Positions 8,707 through 18,059 of a stretch of 64,000 nucleotides of DNA are shown here, in pieces. The position numbers and the translations under genes are program-made. How positions within the stretch are numbered: the stretch's first letter is position 1; every line of letters starts with the position of its first letter. Source of the DNA: a virus (lineage: Duplodnaviria > Caudoviricetes); IMG/VR virus record IMGVR_UViG_3300011427_000001, positions 1 through 64,000 of that record, one strand, 5' to 3'. The notes below the pieces were generated by a model. That model saw only the letters and a list, made by a program, of their open reading frames with translations. It was not told the origin of the DNA and ran no database searches.

Positions 8707-9062
8707 TTCTGCGAGGTAGGGAGGTTATTAATTTTGACCGCGTCAAGAATACCACTGCGTCCAACGATTACACGTTGGTCTGCACCATAGGGCTCGACTT
8801 CAGCAAATTCACCTTTCGTGACTGCTTGATAGAAGCGACCATCATCCGCAATCCAAGCGGCGGTCGAAAGCACGAGCTCTCCCGGGAACACAACCTCCAG
8901 CTTCCCCGTGTAATGGTGTGTCACCGTGCGGATGAAATAGTTTTGCCCAACTTCAAACGGGTGCGAAGCAATGCCAGTTGAGGGATTCTGAAACAGCGCC
9001 ACAAGTGAGCGCGCCTGAGCGATGGTGATTTGTTCGATGTCCATAAGATTGGTTTTATTCAT
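8703..9062 (-). CDS. Hypothetical phage protein (Sm/SH3-like beta fold)
   Basis: FEVGQNYFIRTVTHHYTGKL...AAWIADDGRF pattern; start by ATGA overlap. Confidence 0.7.
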   Translation of the reverse strand: MNKTNLMDIEQITIAQARSLVALFQNPSTGIASHPFEVGQNYFIRTVTHHYTGKLEVVFPGELVLSTAAWIADDGRFYQAVTKGEFAEVEPYGADQRVIVGRSGILDAVKINNLPTSQK

Positions 9063-9325
9063 ATCATCCTCCCGCAAAGAAACTGGTAGGTAGTGCGCAC
9101 AGTGAGCGGCCGTTGCTTGCTGGCCTGCACTGTTATGGTCTTATGACCCCGTTGAATCTGAATCGGTGCCAGCAGCGTCATCTCACGTTGACCGTGGTAG
9201 CCGCAGGGTCGGTCCTTGTCTTCAGGAACAAGGCGGGTTCCAAGGCAGTTCCCCGTGTGCACGTTCATCACCTCTTCAAAGAAGCCGACGTGCTCAAAGA
9301 CCTGTCGTTCGTGGGTTGCGTTCAT
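9059..9325 (-). CDS. Hypothetical protein
   Basis: 88-aa coupled ORF. Confidence 0.6.
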   Translation of the reverse strand: MNATHERQVFEHVGFFEEVMNVHTGNCLGTRLVPEDKDRPCGYHGQREMTLLAPIQIQRGHKTITVQASKQRPLTVRTTYQFLCGRMI

Positions 9326-9633
9326 TTGAGTCGAGATAGAAATTCAATTGCCGCCGCCGCGTCGTCCGCTGGTGTGATGGCACTACACTTGACGTGCATG
9401 CTGCAGCGCAGTTCCCGGTCATACACCAACACCTCCTGCCAGTTCCCATCATCGCGACGGTCCACAATGATGACCGGATGGTCGGCCACGCGCAGGTTGA
9501 AGAAGCCAGTGGGGCACGTCGCCACAAACGGTTTCTTGGCCATCACCTTCTCGAACTGCCCCTGCGTCATCTGCAGCGGACCTTTCGGTACGAGCGGTTC
9601 CCGTTCGTCGTCGAAATCGTCTGATTTGTTCAT
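9322..9633 (-). CDS. Hypothetical protein
   Basis: Start trimmed to MNKSDD (ATGA overlap). Confidence 0.6.
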   Translation of the reverse strand: MNKSDDFDDEREPLVPKGPLQMTQGQFEKVMAKKPFVATCPTGFFNLRVADHPVIIVDRRDDGNWQEVLVYDRELRCSMHVKCSAITPADDAAAAIEFLSRLK

Positions 9634-9791
9634 TTGAAATATGAGTAGAGTACCACAGCCAACAGCCCAAGCCAGGGCACCGTGACCCAGAAAGCACCGT
9701 GCACGAGACCGCGTCGATACGCACGAAGCGTCTGTGCCTCGATGTGCGAGTGCTGTCGCAACCAAGCGCCCACCTGGGGAGTTGTCTTCAT
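9630..9791 (-). CDS. Small membrane protein (53 aa, MKTTPQVG...)
   Basis: Hand-translated; ATGA overlaps at both ends; C-terminal TM helix. Confidence 0.6.
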   Translation of the reverse strand: MKTTPQVGAWLRQHSHIEAQTLRAYRRGLVHGAFWVTVPWLGLLAVVLYSYFK

Positions 9792-10066
9792 TCGAATCCT
9801 GTGAGTTTGTCAGTCGTTGGGTCTATTACAATATCCTTCAGCCAACCTTCCACTTGCGAGTCCCAGCCGTACGGTGGCTTGGCTTGCCCCCATTCGTAGC
9901 GCACCACATCGTGGTCCACTACCAAACGGTCGCTGCAAATGCCGCCTCCCGGTCCCACGCGGTCCCGTTCATAACGTCCACCCGAGATCCGTTTGTACCC
10001 GTGACGCTCGGCCCATGCCCAAAGCACCTTGAGCTTGAGCTTGAGCTTGTGTTCTTCGTCAGTCAT
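9788..10066 (-). CDS. Hypothetical protein
   Basis: Start trimmed to MTDEEH; short TTGAGC tandem encodes KLKLKLK. Confidence 0.55.
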   Translation of the reverse strand: MTDEEHKLKLKLKVLWAWAERHGYKRISGGRYERDRVGPGGGICSDRLVVDHDVVRYEWGQAKPPYGWDSQVEGWLKDIVIDPTTDKLTGFE

Positions 10067-10241
10067 TGGGAAAGATTGGGACAATGAAATTGTGGCCGCA
10101 GTCGCAAGTGAACCTGATGTCATGACCGCCGGCCTGTTGCGCAATGCAATAGACCGAAGCCGTGTGCGTGCGTTCGCACTTCTCACAGATAAAGTCGTAT
10201 CGACCGACCTGCTTTGGCGGCTGTTTCTTCGGACGTCTCAT
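10059..10241 (-). CDS. Small Zn-ribbon protein
   Basis: CEKC...CDCG; coupled. Confidence 0.65.
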   Translation of the reverse strand: MRRPKKQPPKQVGRYDFICEKCERTHTASVYCIAQQAGGHDIRFTCDCGHNFIVPIFPND

Positions 10242-10429
10242 CGCAAGGCCTCCGTCGCATTGTGAACAGTGAGCGCCGCCAAACAGAGGGTGCGCTGAGC
10301 TTCGAGCAGCAGCAGAGCAGCCGAAAGACCGGGGCGGTGTTGCGTTGCATCGCGCACGACATCGGTCATCAGCAACGTCATGTCGTATAATTCCTTTTCC
10401 ATCTTAGCCAGTTTTTCGAGGGAGGTCAT
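10238..10429 (-). CDS. Hypothetical protein
   Basis: 63-aa coupled ORF. Confidence 0.55.
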   Translation of the reverse strand: MTSLEKLAKMEKELYDMTLLMTDVVRDATQHRPGLSAALLLLEAQRTLCLAALTVHNATEALR

Positions 10430-11166
10430 TTGATGCGCGCTCCATTATTATCTCCACCTTCAATGCCCTTGTGCAAGCGAATGGTCCGGCCGTCCGTCGC
10501 ACCCCGTACGAAAGCGTGAGCATTGCTGTTCTCCCGCCGGTTGCTGACCGTCTTCACCTTGGCCTCCTCGCAGTAGACCGCAATGGCCTTGTCCTTGTCG
10601 ACCAGCACCAACGCAAAGGATTCCGCGTGCTGCACTTTCATCTCGGCCCGTTGCGCGTCGTCCCATGCGCGACAGAACCCAGCCTGCAACCCCGCTAGGT
10701 AGCTGTTCCACACGCTGGGGATGCGCGGCTGGCTGTAGTCCGCCGCGTACTTGTTCCACAAGCGCAGGAAGGTGTCGTTCAATACGTCCCACGCATAGGC
10801 CGCAAACGCACAGTCCTCCTTGGTGCCGACCAGCGAGTAGCGCACAACCAAACCGGGAACCCGGTAGCGCAGCACCGTAACGTGGAAACAGTGCTTGATA
10901 ACCAACCGCACGTACAAGTGAGTCGGTCGCTCCGTGCGCCACGCTTTGTTGATGCCGACCTCCTCCACTTTGTCAGCGCCATCGTCTTTGGTCTGGCCGA
11001 GCTGGTGCTGCTCAATGCCGTGCTTGGTCATCAGCTCCGCCGCTTTGGCGAAGTAGAGCTTGGCCTCGGCCTCGCTCGTTGCGGGATTCCCGGCCTTGTT
11101 CAGCAGCGCCTCAACCTTGTTGAGAATGTCGCTGTTTGCGGCCGGAGCGGGTGTTTCGTTTTTCAT
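10426..11166 (-). CDS. DUF2786-domain protein
   Basis: ILNKVEALLNKA...SEAEAKLYFAKAAELMTKHGI signature. Confidence 0.8.
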   Translation of the reverse strand: MKNETPAPAANSDILNKVEALLNKAGNPATSEAEAKLYFAKAAELMTKHGIEQHQLGQTKDDGADKVEEVGINKAWRTERPTHLYVRLVIKHCFHVTVLRYRVPGLVVRYSLVGTKEDCAFAAYAWDVLNDTFLRLWNKYAADYSQPRIPSVWNSYLAGLQAGFCRAWDDAQRAEMKVQHAESFALVLVDKDKAIAVYCEEAKVKTVSNRRENSNAHAFVRGATDGRTIRLHKGIEGGDNNGARIK

Positions 11167-11172
11167 GGTAGG

Positions 11173-11361
11173 TTAGTAGCCCAGCACCTGCCGAAGGTTC
11201 GGCAAGCGGGAGTTGAAGTTGGCAGCATTAACGGCGCTGCGCATATTGCAGCGCACAATGGCATTTCGACTGGCTTTGGGCCAGGTGCGATAGCACTGCG
11301 CAGCAACGGTCACCACGCGGGGCACCGATATTTCGGTGCTGGGATTCTGATTGGTTTTCAT
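11173..11361 (-). CDS. Hypothetical early protein
   Basis: 62-aa ORF with acc-ATG leader. Confidence 0.6.
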   Translation of the reverse strand: MKTNQNPSTEISVPRVVTVAAQCYRTWPKASRNAIVRCNMRSAVNAANFNSRLPNLRQVLGY

Positions 11362-11367
11362 GGTCGG

Positions 11368-11592
11368 TTAAGATTTGTTGCGTGCGTGACACGCTTTTTC
11401 AAGCAGCGCATTGATGTTCGCTTGCTCCGCTGGGGCAAAACCATTGTTGAGAACAACAACACTGCCCGGGAACTTTTTCTTAGCAGCTGACACAGCTTCG
11501 GTCGCTTTGATAAAGTTACTGCCACAGTTTTTTGAGCCCTTAAAAATGGCCCAAGTCCCGGTCCCTTTGAGAAACTTGACTGTTACTTTCAT
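11368..11592 (-). CDS. Hypothetical early protein (Lys-rich)
   Basis: Start MKVTVKF set by the conserved leader. Confidence 0.65.
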   Translation of the reverse strand: MKVTVKFLKGTGTWAIFKGSKNCGSNFIKATEAVSAAKKKFPGSVVVLNNGFAPAEQANINALLEKACHARNKS

Positions 11593-11666
11593 GCTCACAC
11601 GTTGGAAGAGTTTGATGTGCGCTACAAGGGCAAAGGTTGCCTTTTCAACCTATGTTCCATAAGCCC

Positions 11667-11695
11667 AACGTATCCAACGACTTACGGACTGTCAA
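11667..11695 (-). promoter_or_regulatory. Early promoter P2 (TTGACA-17-TACGTT)
   Basis: Second copy of the cassette. Confidence 0.8.
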
Positions 11696-11704
11696 AGTTT
11701 GGTG

Positions 11705-12298
11705 CTAACTGCACTCTTTCAACGCTGCGAACACGTGTTCGCGACGTACCGCACCAAAAAAGTCGTCCAGCAACAGTGCAGCAAACGTCACCTGCTCGAC
11801 GCGGCCTCCACCCAAACGCACTGCAGCACGCAACAAACAGCGTGGCGCCCCCAGCTCCTTCAACGGGGCACCCGCCTCCACCAGTGCAGCATACACCCGC
11901 CGCGGGAAGTACACCAGCGCCCGCTTCTTGTCCCTGCGATGAATGAGAAGCCAACCGTAAGACCCCGCCTGGTCAGCTGACGTGATTGCTTGCGATAAGA
12001 ACTGTTCGAAGCCTTTCAACTTCTCATGACCGGATCGGTCAAGCAGATCGGCAATGGTGCAACGGTTGTACCCGCGCTTCAACTCCAGCGTCACAAATTC
12101 AAGCAACGCATGTCCGTCCGGATCGTCCGCCCGGATATCGCCGTAGTTGCCGAAGGTCCCTTTTCCCTTCTTGGTGCGCACGGTAGCACGCCCACCACTG
12201 TTTGCACTGCGCCAGAACATATCATCACGCTGCCCGTCGCTCCACCACTGCGACAACGCATGGCATATCTCCCGTTCAAATGTGCCGCCCTTAGCCAT
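11705..12298 (-). CDS. Holliday junction resolvase-like PD-(D/E)xK nuclease
   Basis: KGGTFEREI...SGG...GDI...ELKRG (Hjc-like). Confidence 0.8.
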   Translation of the reverse strand: MAKGGTFEREICHALSQWWSDGQRDDMFWRSANSGGRATVRTKKGKGTFGNYGDIRADDPDGHALLEFVTLELKRGYNRCTIADLLDRSGHEKLKGFEQFLSQAITSADQAGSYGWLLIHRRDKKRALVYFPRRVYAALVEAGAPLKELGAPRCLLRAAVRLGGGRVEQVTFAALLLDDFFGAVRREHVFAALKECS

Positions 12299-12656
12299 GT
12301 GCGAGTTGTTTCATGTGTTGCTTCACCTTCTCTGGACTACGAGCAAGCAAACGACTGGCACGTTCAAGTGAGCAACCTGCTTCCTTCAACCGCACCAGTA
12401 TCTTGTCATGCCGTGGAATCCAAATGTGTCGGTCCATGCAAGGCGCGTCGACCTGCTCAATGGTGCATTTGTGCACACCCGAGAATATTGAATCAACTCT
12501 ACTGATTACCTCGAAGCGTCGCACCTCCAACACCTGCGCAATTCGATCTATGTCCATGCCAACCATGAACACCCACCACATCCAATCAAGGTCGCATTGT
12601 CGCCGCCACTGGTCAGAAGAAGCCTCGAGGGCTAGCAGGCTTTCGGTGTCCATCAT
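12291..12656 (-). CDS. Hypothetical protein (possible HTH)
   Basis: MDIDRIAQVLEV and LERASRLL helices. Confidence 0.5.
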   Translation of the reverse strand: MMDTESLLALEASSDQWRRQCDLDWMWWVFMVGMDIDRIAQVLEVRRFEVISRVDSIFSGVHKCTIEQVDAPCMDRHIWIPRHDKILVRLKEAGCSLERASRLLARSPEKVKQHMKQLAHG

Positions 12657-13491
12657 TTATTTTCCTCCAAGGCATGCGTTCACGAATCGACTTCATCCCC
12701 AACGCGTCAGTCACGCGCTTCCACCCATCATCGTCAAGCTCATCAGGAGACCAGTGCATAGGTGCGACACCCGCAAATGGCAGCTCCACGAGACGTCGGT
12801 TGCGCTTCACAATGTCCCAGCCGTTCTGAATGGCTTGATACTTCTTGGACATCGCTGGCAGCTCGCCCCGCACGTACTTCAACGCCGTTGTCGTGCCTAC
12901 CCCGCGGATGCCCGGCACCTCATCAGTCTTGCAACCCGCAATCGCAATCACCTTGGCCCAGAGCCGAGGTTGAATACCATAGTCCTTCACAAAACCCTGC
13001 AGCGAACGAATCTTGCCCTTGTTCGGATTGTAGATTGTGACCGACCCTGAAAGCAACTGGTAGAGGTCTTTGTCCGAGGACACGACCACGGCCTCGTCGT
13101 CCGGCCCCAAGGCTTTGACCAGTGCTGCAATGAGGTCGTCACTCTCGTACCCCGCCTGATGGAACACGTTGCGAAAGCCCATGTCGAACAGGTACTGCTC
13201 CCGCAAGCTGTCAATCTGTCGATGCAGCTCGGCCCGGGCCTTGGTCTCCTCTTCAGTATGCTCCTCAGTATGCCGTCGCTTCTTGTACTCGGGAAACAGA
13301 GCCTTGCGCTTGCTCTCGGTTGAATCAAAACAGAACGCCACTGCACCCGCGTCGTGGTCCGACTGCAGCATAGACAGGTCTTTCAGCATGCCGTAGATGA
13401 CACCAGTGGGAATATCTTCATGCGTCAAATGCCCCATGCTATGGAACGCACGCCACGCCAGGAAGTGCATGTCTAAAATCAAGTGCTTCAT
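12613..13491 (-). CDS. 5'-3' exonuclease / flap endonuclease
   Basis: LILD, RKALFPEYK, YESDDLIA, SSDKDLYQL, H3TH GCKTDEVPGIRGVG. Confidence 0.92.
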   Translation of the reverse strand: MKHLILDMHFLAWRAFHSMGHLTHEDIPTGVIYGMLKDLSMLQSDHDAGAVAFCFDSTESKRKALFPEYKKRRHTEEHTEEETKARAELHRQIDSLREQYLFDMGFRNVFHQAGYESDDLIAALVKALGPDDEAVVVSSDKDLYQLLSGSVTIYNPNKGKIRSLQGFVKDYGIQPRLWAKVIAIAGCKTDEVPGIRGVGTTTALKYVRGELPAMSKKYQAIQNGWDIVKRNRRLVELPFAGVAPMHWSPDELDDDGWKRVTDALGMKSIRERMPWRKINDGHRKPASPRGFF

Positions 13492-13877
13492 CCGGAGAAG
13501 CCAAACCCAGCACCTCGAGGCGGCTGAATTGGTGCCCGCGCTTTGACCTCTTCAGCCGTACGCTTGAAACAATGGGCCAACCATTCGTAGTCCTGATGCC
13601 ACTTCAGAGCTTTGTCCAAGCAATCGAGCTCGTACTGCGTCCAACGTCTACCGGACCGCTCAGTTGAAATCACAATGGAGGTATCTTCACCTCGATACTT
13701 ACCAAGCACTTTCCAAATCTTGGTGTAGACCGCATGGTAGCTTCGGCCTGTCTCCTCGCAGTGCTGTCGCAGCGATTTCTGACCATCGAACACCCTGCAC
13801 ATCATTTCATGTGCTTCATGCGTAGTAAACAGCACACCTGCCCGCTTGTGGGTCTTGTCTTTGACACCTTTAGGCAT
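13488..13877 (-). CDS. Hypothetical protein with HTH/Myb-like segments
   Basis: SLRQHCEETGRSY; RRWTQYELDCL...KRTAEEVK. Confidence 0.55.
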   Translation of the reverse strand: MPKGVKDKTHKRAGVLFTTHEAHEMMCRVFDGQKSLRQHCEETGRSYHAVYTKIWKVLGKYRGEDTSIVISTERSGRRWTQYELDCLDKALKWHQDYEWLAHCFKRTAEEVKARAPIQPPRGAGFGFSG

Positions 13878-14058
13878 TTCGAGGTTTCTTGCGGTTCACT
13901 CGCAGCACCTGCGAAACATGAATCTCATTGCGACGCCCCAATTCGTAGATGAGGACATGCTCTTTGGTCGCACGGGTACTGGTGATAAGACCCACCCGCG
14001 GCATGTCCTTGTCGTCCATGTAAACCACAAGGTCATTGCGCTTGAAGACTGAGCTCAT
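13870..14058 (-). CDS. Small SH3/KOW-like protein
   Basis: FKRNDLVVY...VGLI; ATGA overlap. Confidence 0.55.
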   Translation of the reverse strand: MSSVFKRNDLVVYMDDKDMPRVGLITSTRATKEHVLIYELGRRNEIHVSQVLRVNRKKPRNA

Positions 14059-15173
14059 GCGTATCGAGGTTTGCGATCCAGTTCGCACGCTGCCTCAATC
14101 TCGGTCCACACGCCGTGCATCGCCGCCTTGAGGTCTTCCTGCAGATTGTTCTCTTCAACGTGCTTGATGATTTGGTTGCGCGTGCCCTCGAAGTCCAGCT
14201 CCCGGGCATCGTAGCTGCTTGACTCCTCCTCGCTCTTCTTCTTCTTGACCGGCTTCCACGCCTTGTGGTCAATCATGAAGTCAACATTGGCTCCCACGTC
14301 GTCAATCCCAAAGCTGTGATAGATGGGAATTTCGACCGTGCGGTCCTTGCCTGTGATGCGATTCTTCTTCACTCGGGCCTCGACAATGACACCCACAATC
14401 TTGGTCTCACCTTTCACCGTGCGCTTCAACCGTTCCTTGACCGACGTCCAGATTTCAAGCGTGGCATAGAAGCGCAGCGACTTGCCCCCGCTACGAGTCT
14501 TCTTGTCCATCCCCATGCCCAGGTTGTCACGGGTCTGACCGATGATGATGAGAATGCTGCCCGTGTCGCGAAGGCCAATGAGCACGCGGCGGATGTTCTC
14601 GGAATGGGCCTTTGCTTTGCCATCCCCGTAACTCCCAGCCGTGTCCTTACCCTTCTCGTAGGCTTCCTTGCGCTCCGCAAACTTCTCGTCGGACGCGTCA
14701 CTGGTAAGTGAATCCTGACTGTCCAGCACATAGATGAACGGACGGGCCAACCGCTTGGCGCGCTTGATGGCATTGTCCACGTGGAAGTAGAAACTCTCCA
14801 CCGTGGAACTGTACACCGGCTCCCCTTTCTCGTCATAGCTGGGAGCCCGGATACGTGCCGCCATCTTCGAACCAAAGTAACGCTCCAAGTCCATCAACGC
14901 ACCGTCTTCCACGTTGTCGTGATAGAACTCGTAGTCCTCGAAATCTGGATTGATGCTGGCCTCTGCCGCACACGTCAGCGAGAGCCACGTCTTGCCGCTT
15001 GTGCTGTCCCCCACGATGAAGACGTACTTGCCCTTGATGAGACCGCCTTCGGCCCTACCGCTGCAGGCAAGGTCCAGCGCAGTGCTTCCCGTGGACAAGC
15101 AGTCGGAAGCTTTGATACCGGGTTGTACCGTCTTTCGCTTCAACTGCTTCTTGATGTCTTCAGTCTCGCTCAT
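14055..15173 (-). CDS. recA: RecA/UvsX-like recombinase
   Basis: CLSTGSTALDLA, Walker A GDSTSGKT, VLDSQDSL, IGQTRDN, SGGKSLRFYA, VKKNRI. Confidence 0.92.
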   Translation of the reverse strand: MSETEDIKKQLKRKTVQPGIKASDCLSTGSTALDLACSGRAEGGLIKGKYVFIVGDSTSGKTWLSLTCAAEASINPDFEDYEFYHDNVEDGALMDLERYFGSKMAARIRAPSYDEKGEPVYSSTVESFYFHVDNAIKRAKRLARPFIYVLDSQDSLTSDASDEKFAERKEAYEKGKDTAGSYGDGKAKAHSENIRRVLIGLRDTGSILIIIGQTRDNLGMGMDKKTRSGGKSLRFYATLEIWTSVKERLKRTVKGETKIVGVIVEARVKKNRITGKDRTVEIPIYHSFGIDDVGANVDFMIDHKAWKPVKKKKSEEESSSYDARELDFEGTRNQIIKHVEENNLQEDLKAAMHGVWTEIEAACELDRKPRYA

Positions 15174-15243
15174 AAAAATGTAAGTGGGCGGGAGCGGGGT
15201 AGTCCCCCGCCCACTGCAGGTTTGGTGTTACTTTAGTCGCAGC

Positions 15244-16470
15244 TCAGTCCCAATCATCCTTCGCCTTCCCAGCCGGCTCGCGTTCCTCGCGGCCACCCCC
15301 ACGACGGTCATCGTCGCGGGAACCCCGGCGCTCTTCCCGAGCCGCAGGCTCACGCTCGCGGGTGCCCCGTTCAGCGGCCGGAGCACGCTCTTCCCGCGAC
15401 CCACGCCGGCGGTCGTCATCCTTCGGCTTGTCGTCTTTGTTGCTGGGTGGAGGGTCACGGTCAGCATCAAACTCCTCCTTCGGCTTCTCGTCACGGGACC
15501 CACGCCGGTCATCATCACGTTGCGACCCGCGACGGTCTTCGCTCTCACGAGAACCACCCCGGGGACTGTCATCCCGTGACCGGGAATCCGTTCTCGAGGC
15601 CGGCTCGCGTTCCTCGCGGCCACCCCCACGACGGTCATCGTCGCGAGCCGGTGCCCGATCATCATCACGGGAACTACGACGGTCGTCGTCACGACCACCC
15701 CGGTCACGGTCCGGAGCACGCTCTTCCCGGTCACGTGCAGGCGGACGGTCGTCGTCACGCTTGCGACTGGCAGGCTCCTGGAAGAAGAGCTCCTTCAGCT
15801 TGTCGTAGCTCTCGGTGATGAGCATGGCGTCGAGGTCAAAACCCTCGTCCATGATTTTGTCACCGTACGGCTCACGAGTCTTGAAGTCGATGGTCTCCGC
15901 TTCGTACCATGTGCGCTTGCCCTGCTTGACCTCCGTGAAGCCAACCTTGAGCGTGAAACCCTTGGCCAAGTGATAGAAGAGATGGTAGTTGTCCCCTTCG
16001 TCTTGGTCGCGAATGCGAGCGTCCAGCAGTTTGCCAAACAGGTGGTAACTGTAGTCCCACGGCTGGACCAGCTTGTCCCGAGTATCGAGATCGACAACCT
16101 GGAACAATTGGCGCTCCTTGGGGTACAGGGCCTTGATGAGCTTCTCGTCTGCGCCGTCGTCGCTCTTCAGCTTCTTCTGGAACTCGCACACGGGGCACGG
16201 CAGACCGAACGTGCGGTTGGGACACACCATTGTGTCGTTGTTGGGACCGATGTCCCGATGCACGAAAATGGTGCGCTCGTAGTGCAGCTGACCGGCGTCA
16301 GCGTGCGGGTTACCCTTCAACGCCACAAAGGGAATGAAGTCCAGCCGGTACACCCCCTCCTTGTCGACCTTGAAGGGCTTCACTCCCTTCGGCATCTTGA
16401 GATACTTGCTGTCGAAGCTATCATGCTCGTCGGCCCGTTTGCGGGCGTCAGAGTAACTGTAATTACCCAT
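15244..16470 (-). CDS. Single-stranded DNA-binding protein (T4 gp32-like) with long R/D/E-rich repeat tail
   Basis: DFIPF, C..CPVCE Zn site, LFGKLL, GFTLKV; acidic tip DDWD. Confidence 0.8.
   Translation of the reverse strand: MGNYSYSDARKRADEHDSFDSKYLKMPKGVKPFKVDKEGVYRLDFIPFVALKGNPHADAGQLHYERTIFVHRDIGPNNDTMVCPNRTFGLPCPVCEFQKKLKSDDGADEKLIKALYPKERQLFQVVDLDTRDKLVQPWDYSYHLFGKLLDARIRDQDEGDNYHLFYHLAKGFTLKVGFTEVKQGKRTWYEAETIDFKTREPYGDKIMDEGFDLDAMLITESYDKLKELFFQEPASRKRDDDRPPARDREERAPDRDRGGRDDDRRSSRDDDRAPARDDDRRGGGREEREPASRTDSRSRDDSPRGGSRESEDRRGSQRDDDRRGSRDEKPKEEFDADRDPPPSNKDDKPKDDDRRRGSREERAPAAERGTREREPAAREERRGSRDDDRRGGGREEREPAGKAKDDWD
15272..15645. repeat. 47-bp exact direct repeat (15272-15318, 15599-15645) in SSB tail
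   Basis: Seen directly; 327-bp offset (109 codons). Confidence 0.9.
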
Positions 16471-16475
16471 GGTGG

Positions 16476-16643
16476 TTATTTGTTTTTGGTTGACGACTCA
16501 AAGAGCTTCATCTGCTTGCGCTCCTGGTGCTCAGCCCAGACCCGCTTCCCGCTGGTCCAGCCAAACGATGCGGCCTTGGCGCAGAAGTAGATCAAAATGG
16601 GCAAAACCACACAAGACAAAGCAACTATGAAGAGGGGATGCAT
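16476..16643 (-). CDS. Small single-TM protein (55 aa, MHPLFIVALS...QMKLFESSTKNK)
   Basis: Hand-translated; fills the gap between UvsY and SSB. Confidence 0.6.
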   Translation of the reverse strand: MHPLFIVALSCVVLPILIYFCAKAASFGWTSGKRVWAEHQERKQMKLFESSTKNK

Positions 16644-16644
16644 G

Positions 16645-17127
16645 CTAGGCAGTGGACCGGTCTTCCAGTCTGTGGCCCAAACGACGGACCCGGTCCTTTG
16701 TTACATCCTCCACGGCCTCACGTCCTTCCCGAGTAATACGAGGGTCGGCAAAGTAGTTTTGACCGTGCAAGTTGACCAAGGCTTGAATCATCGACTTGCG
16801 CTGCTCAATGGCAATGACCATCGCTGCTATGACATCCTGATGATGACGTGCATCAAACAGCTCACCTTGTGCCCGCTTCACGTCGGGGTGGTTGGTCACG
16901 GCCTCGGCCACCGACCCTTCCGTCACCTTCTCCAGATTGAACTTCGCTGGGTTGTTCCGAATCTCCCGCGCCGACTCAGCCTTCACGACTTCGAAGTTGT
17001 TGCGCGCCTCCTCAGTCAAGAGCTTGGCATCGGCTAGCTTGGCCGACCATTTGAAGTAGAGCTGGGGCTGCTCGAGACAGGCCTTGTCCAGCTCCAGTTC
17101 GTCAATCTTGAGACAGTCTGAGTCCAT
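16645..17127 (-). CDS. UvsY-like recombination mediator
   Basis: LKIDELELDKACLEQPQLYFKW...IEQRKSMI helical pattern; next to SSB/RecA. Confidence 0.7.
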   Translation of the reverse strand: MDSDCLKIDELELDKACLEQPQLYFKWSAKLADAKLLTEEARNNFEVVKAESAREIRNNPAKFNLEKVTEGSVAEAVTNHPDVKRAQGELFDARHHQDVIAAMVIAIEQRKSMIQALVNLHGQNYFADPRITREGREAVEDVTKDRVRRLGHRLEDRSTA

Positions 17128-17138
17128 GTGTGCCTGTA

Positions 17139-18059
17139 TTATCGGCGGTCTTTCAGCACGGCGTAGCACGCCAGCACAAGCCCCGCCCGACCTGAGTCAT
17201 AGAAGTTTTGTTTGAACACGTCCATCAGGAAGAAGGCGCGTTCGTTGCTACTGTTGAGTAGAATGCTGCTCGCGTATCCCAGCACCAAGCGGCGGATGGC
17301 CTCCGGCTCCTCATCGCAGGTCTTGATCAGCGCCGCCACTTCCGACCACGGCGTCTTGGGATTCATCAGCAGCCGTGCAATCTGAATTGCCGCGGCCCGA
17401 TGGTCGTTGTCCTCAATGGACTTCATCTGCTCCGCTGGGTCCTTGATTGACAGGATAGCGTTGAGCAGCACCAGCGCCTTGCGCGCACTGGACTCCGAGT
17501 GCTCGACAATCTTGGTACATACTTCCTTCGAAAGGTCAAAGCGCACGAGGTCCGCAATGTCTTCCACCACGGCCTGCAGCGCCGCTGGCTTCATCGCCTT
17601 CAACCGAATCTCCGTGCAACGGGTGTTGATAGTGGGCAGCACTTTGACCGGGTCGGTCGTTGCCAGCATGAAGTAAACGTGCTTCGGGGTATCTTCCAGC
17701 ATCTTGAGCAGCATGTTCTGCGCATCCTTGGTCAGCTGGTGACACTCGTCGATGAGATAGATGCGCACCTTGCCGCCTATTGGATGCAGATGCATGCGCT
17801 GCGCAATCTCGCGCACCGTGTCGATGCCCCGGAAGTTGGCTGCATTCTTCTCATCAAAGTCCTGGTCGCTGCACTCCAGCTCCTTCTGCAGGATGCGAGC
17901 CAACGTGGTCTTACCCACCCCGCTGGGACCCGTAAAGAGCATCGCATGCGGCATGGAGCCTTCATTCAAAAAGCCCTGCAGGATTTTGACCGCCTCATCC
18001 TGTCCGATGACATGCTTGAATGAAGTGGGTCGGTATTCTTTGTATAGTTCGTCGCTCAT
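17139..18059 (-). CDS. Clamp-loader AAA+ subunit (DnaX gamma/tau-like)
   Basis: YRPTSFKHVIGQ, GPSGVGKTT, IDECHQLT, LLKMLEDTP, TINTRC. Confidence 0.9.
   Translation of the reverse strand: MSDELYKEYRPTSFKHVIGQDEAVKILQGFLNEGSMPHAMLFTGPSGVGKTTLARILQKELECSDQDFDEKNAANFRGIDTVREIAQRMHLHPIGGKVRIYLIDECHQLTKDAQNMLLKMLEDTPKHVYFMLATTDPVKVLPTINTRCTEIRLKAMKPAALQAVVEDIADLVRFDLSKEVCTKIVEHSESSARKALVLLNAILSIKDPAEQMKSIEDNDHRAAAIQIARLLMNPKTPWSEVAALIKTCDEEPEAIRRLVLGYASSILLNSSNERAFFLMDVFKQNFYDSGRAGLVLACYAVLKDRR

Noticed and set aside
8499-8981. Plus-strand (TA/TP)n and (RP)n ORFs, and the minus-strand (VA/VG)n reading of the hexamer repeat
   Set aside because: Stop-free shadows of the repeat. The Ser-X frame has a coupled ATG, a clean stop and the operon strand.
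8554-15645. CRISPR array
   Set aside because: The repeats are coding microsatellite or intragenic duplications with no spacer pattern; no cas genes.
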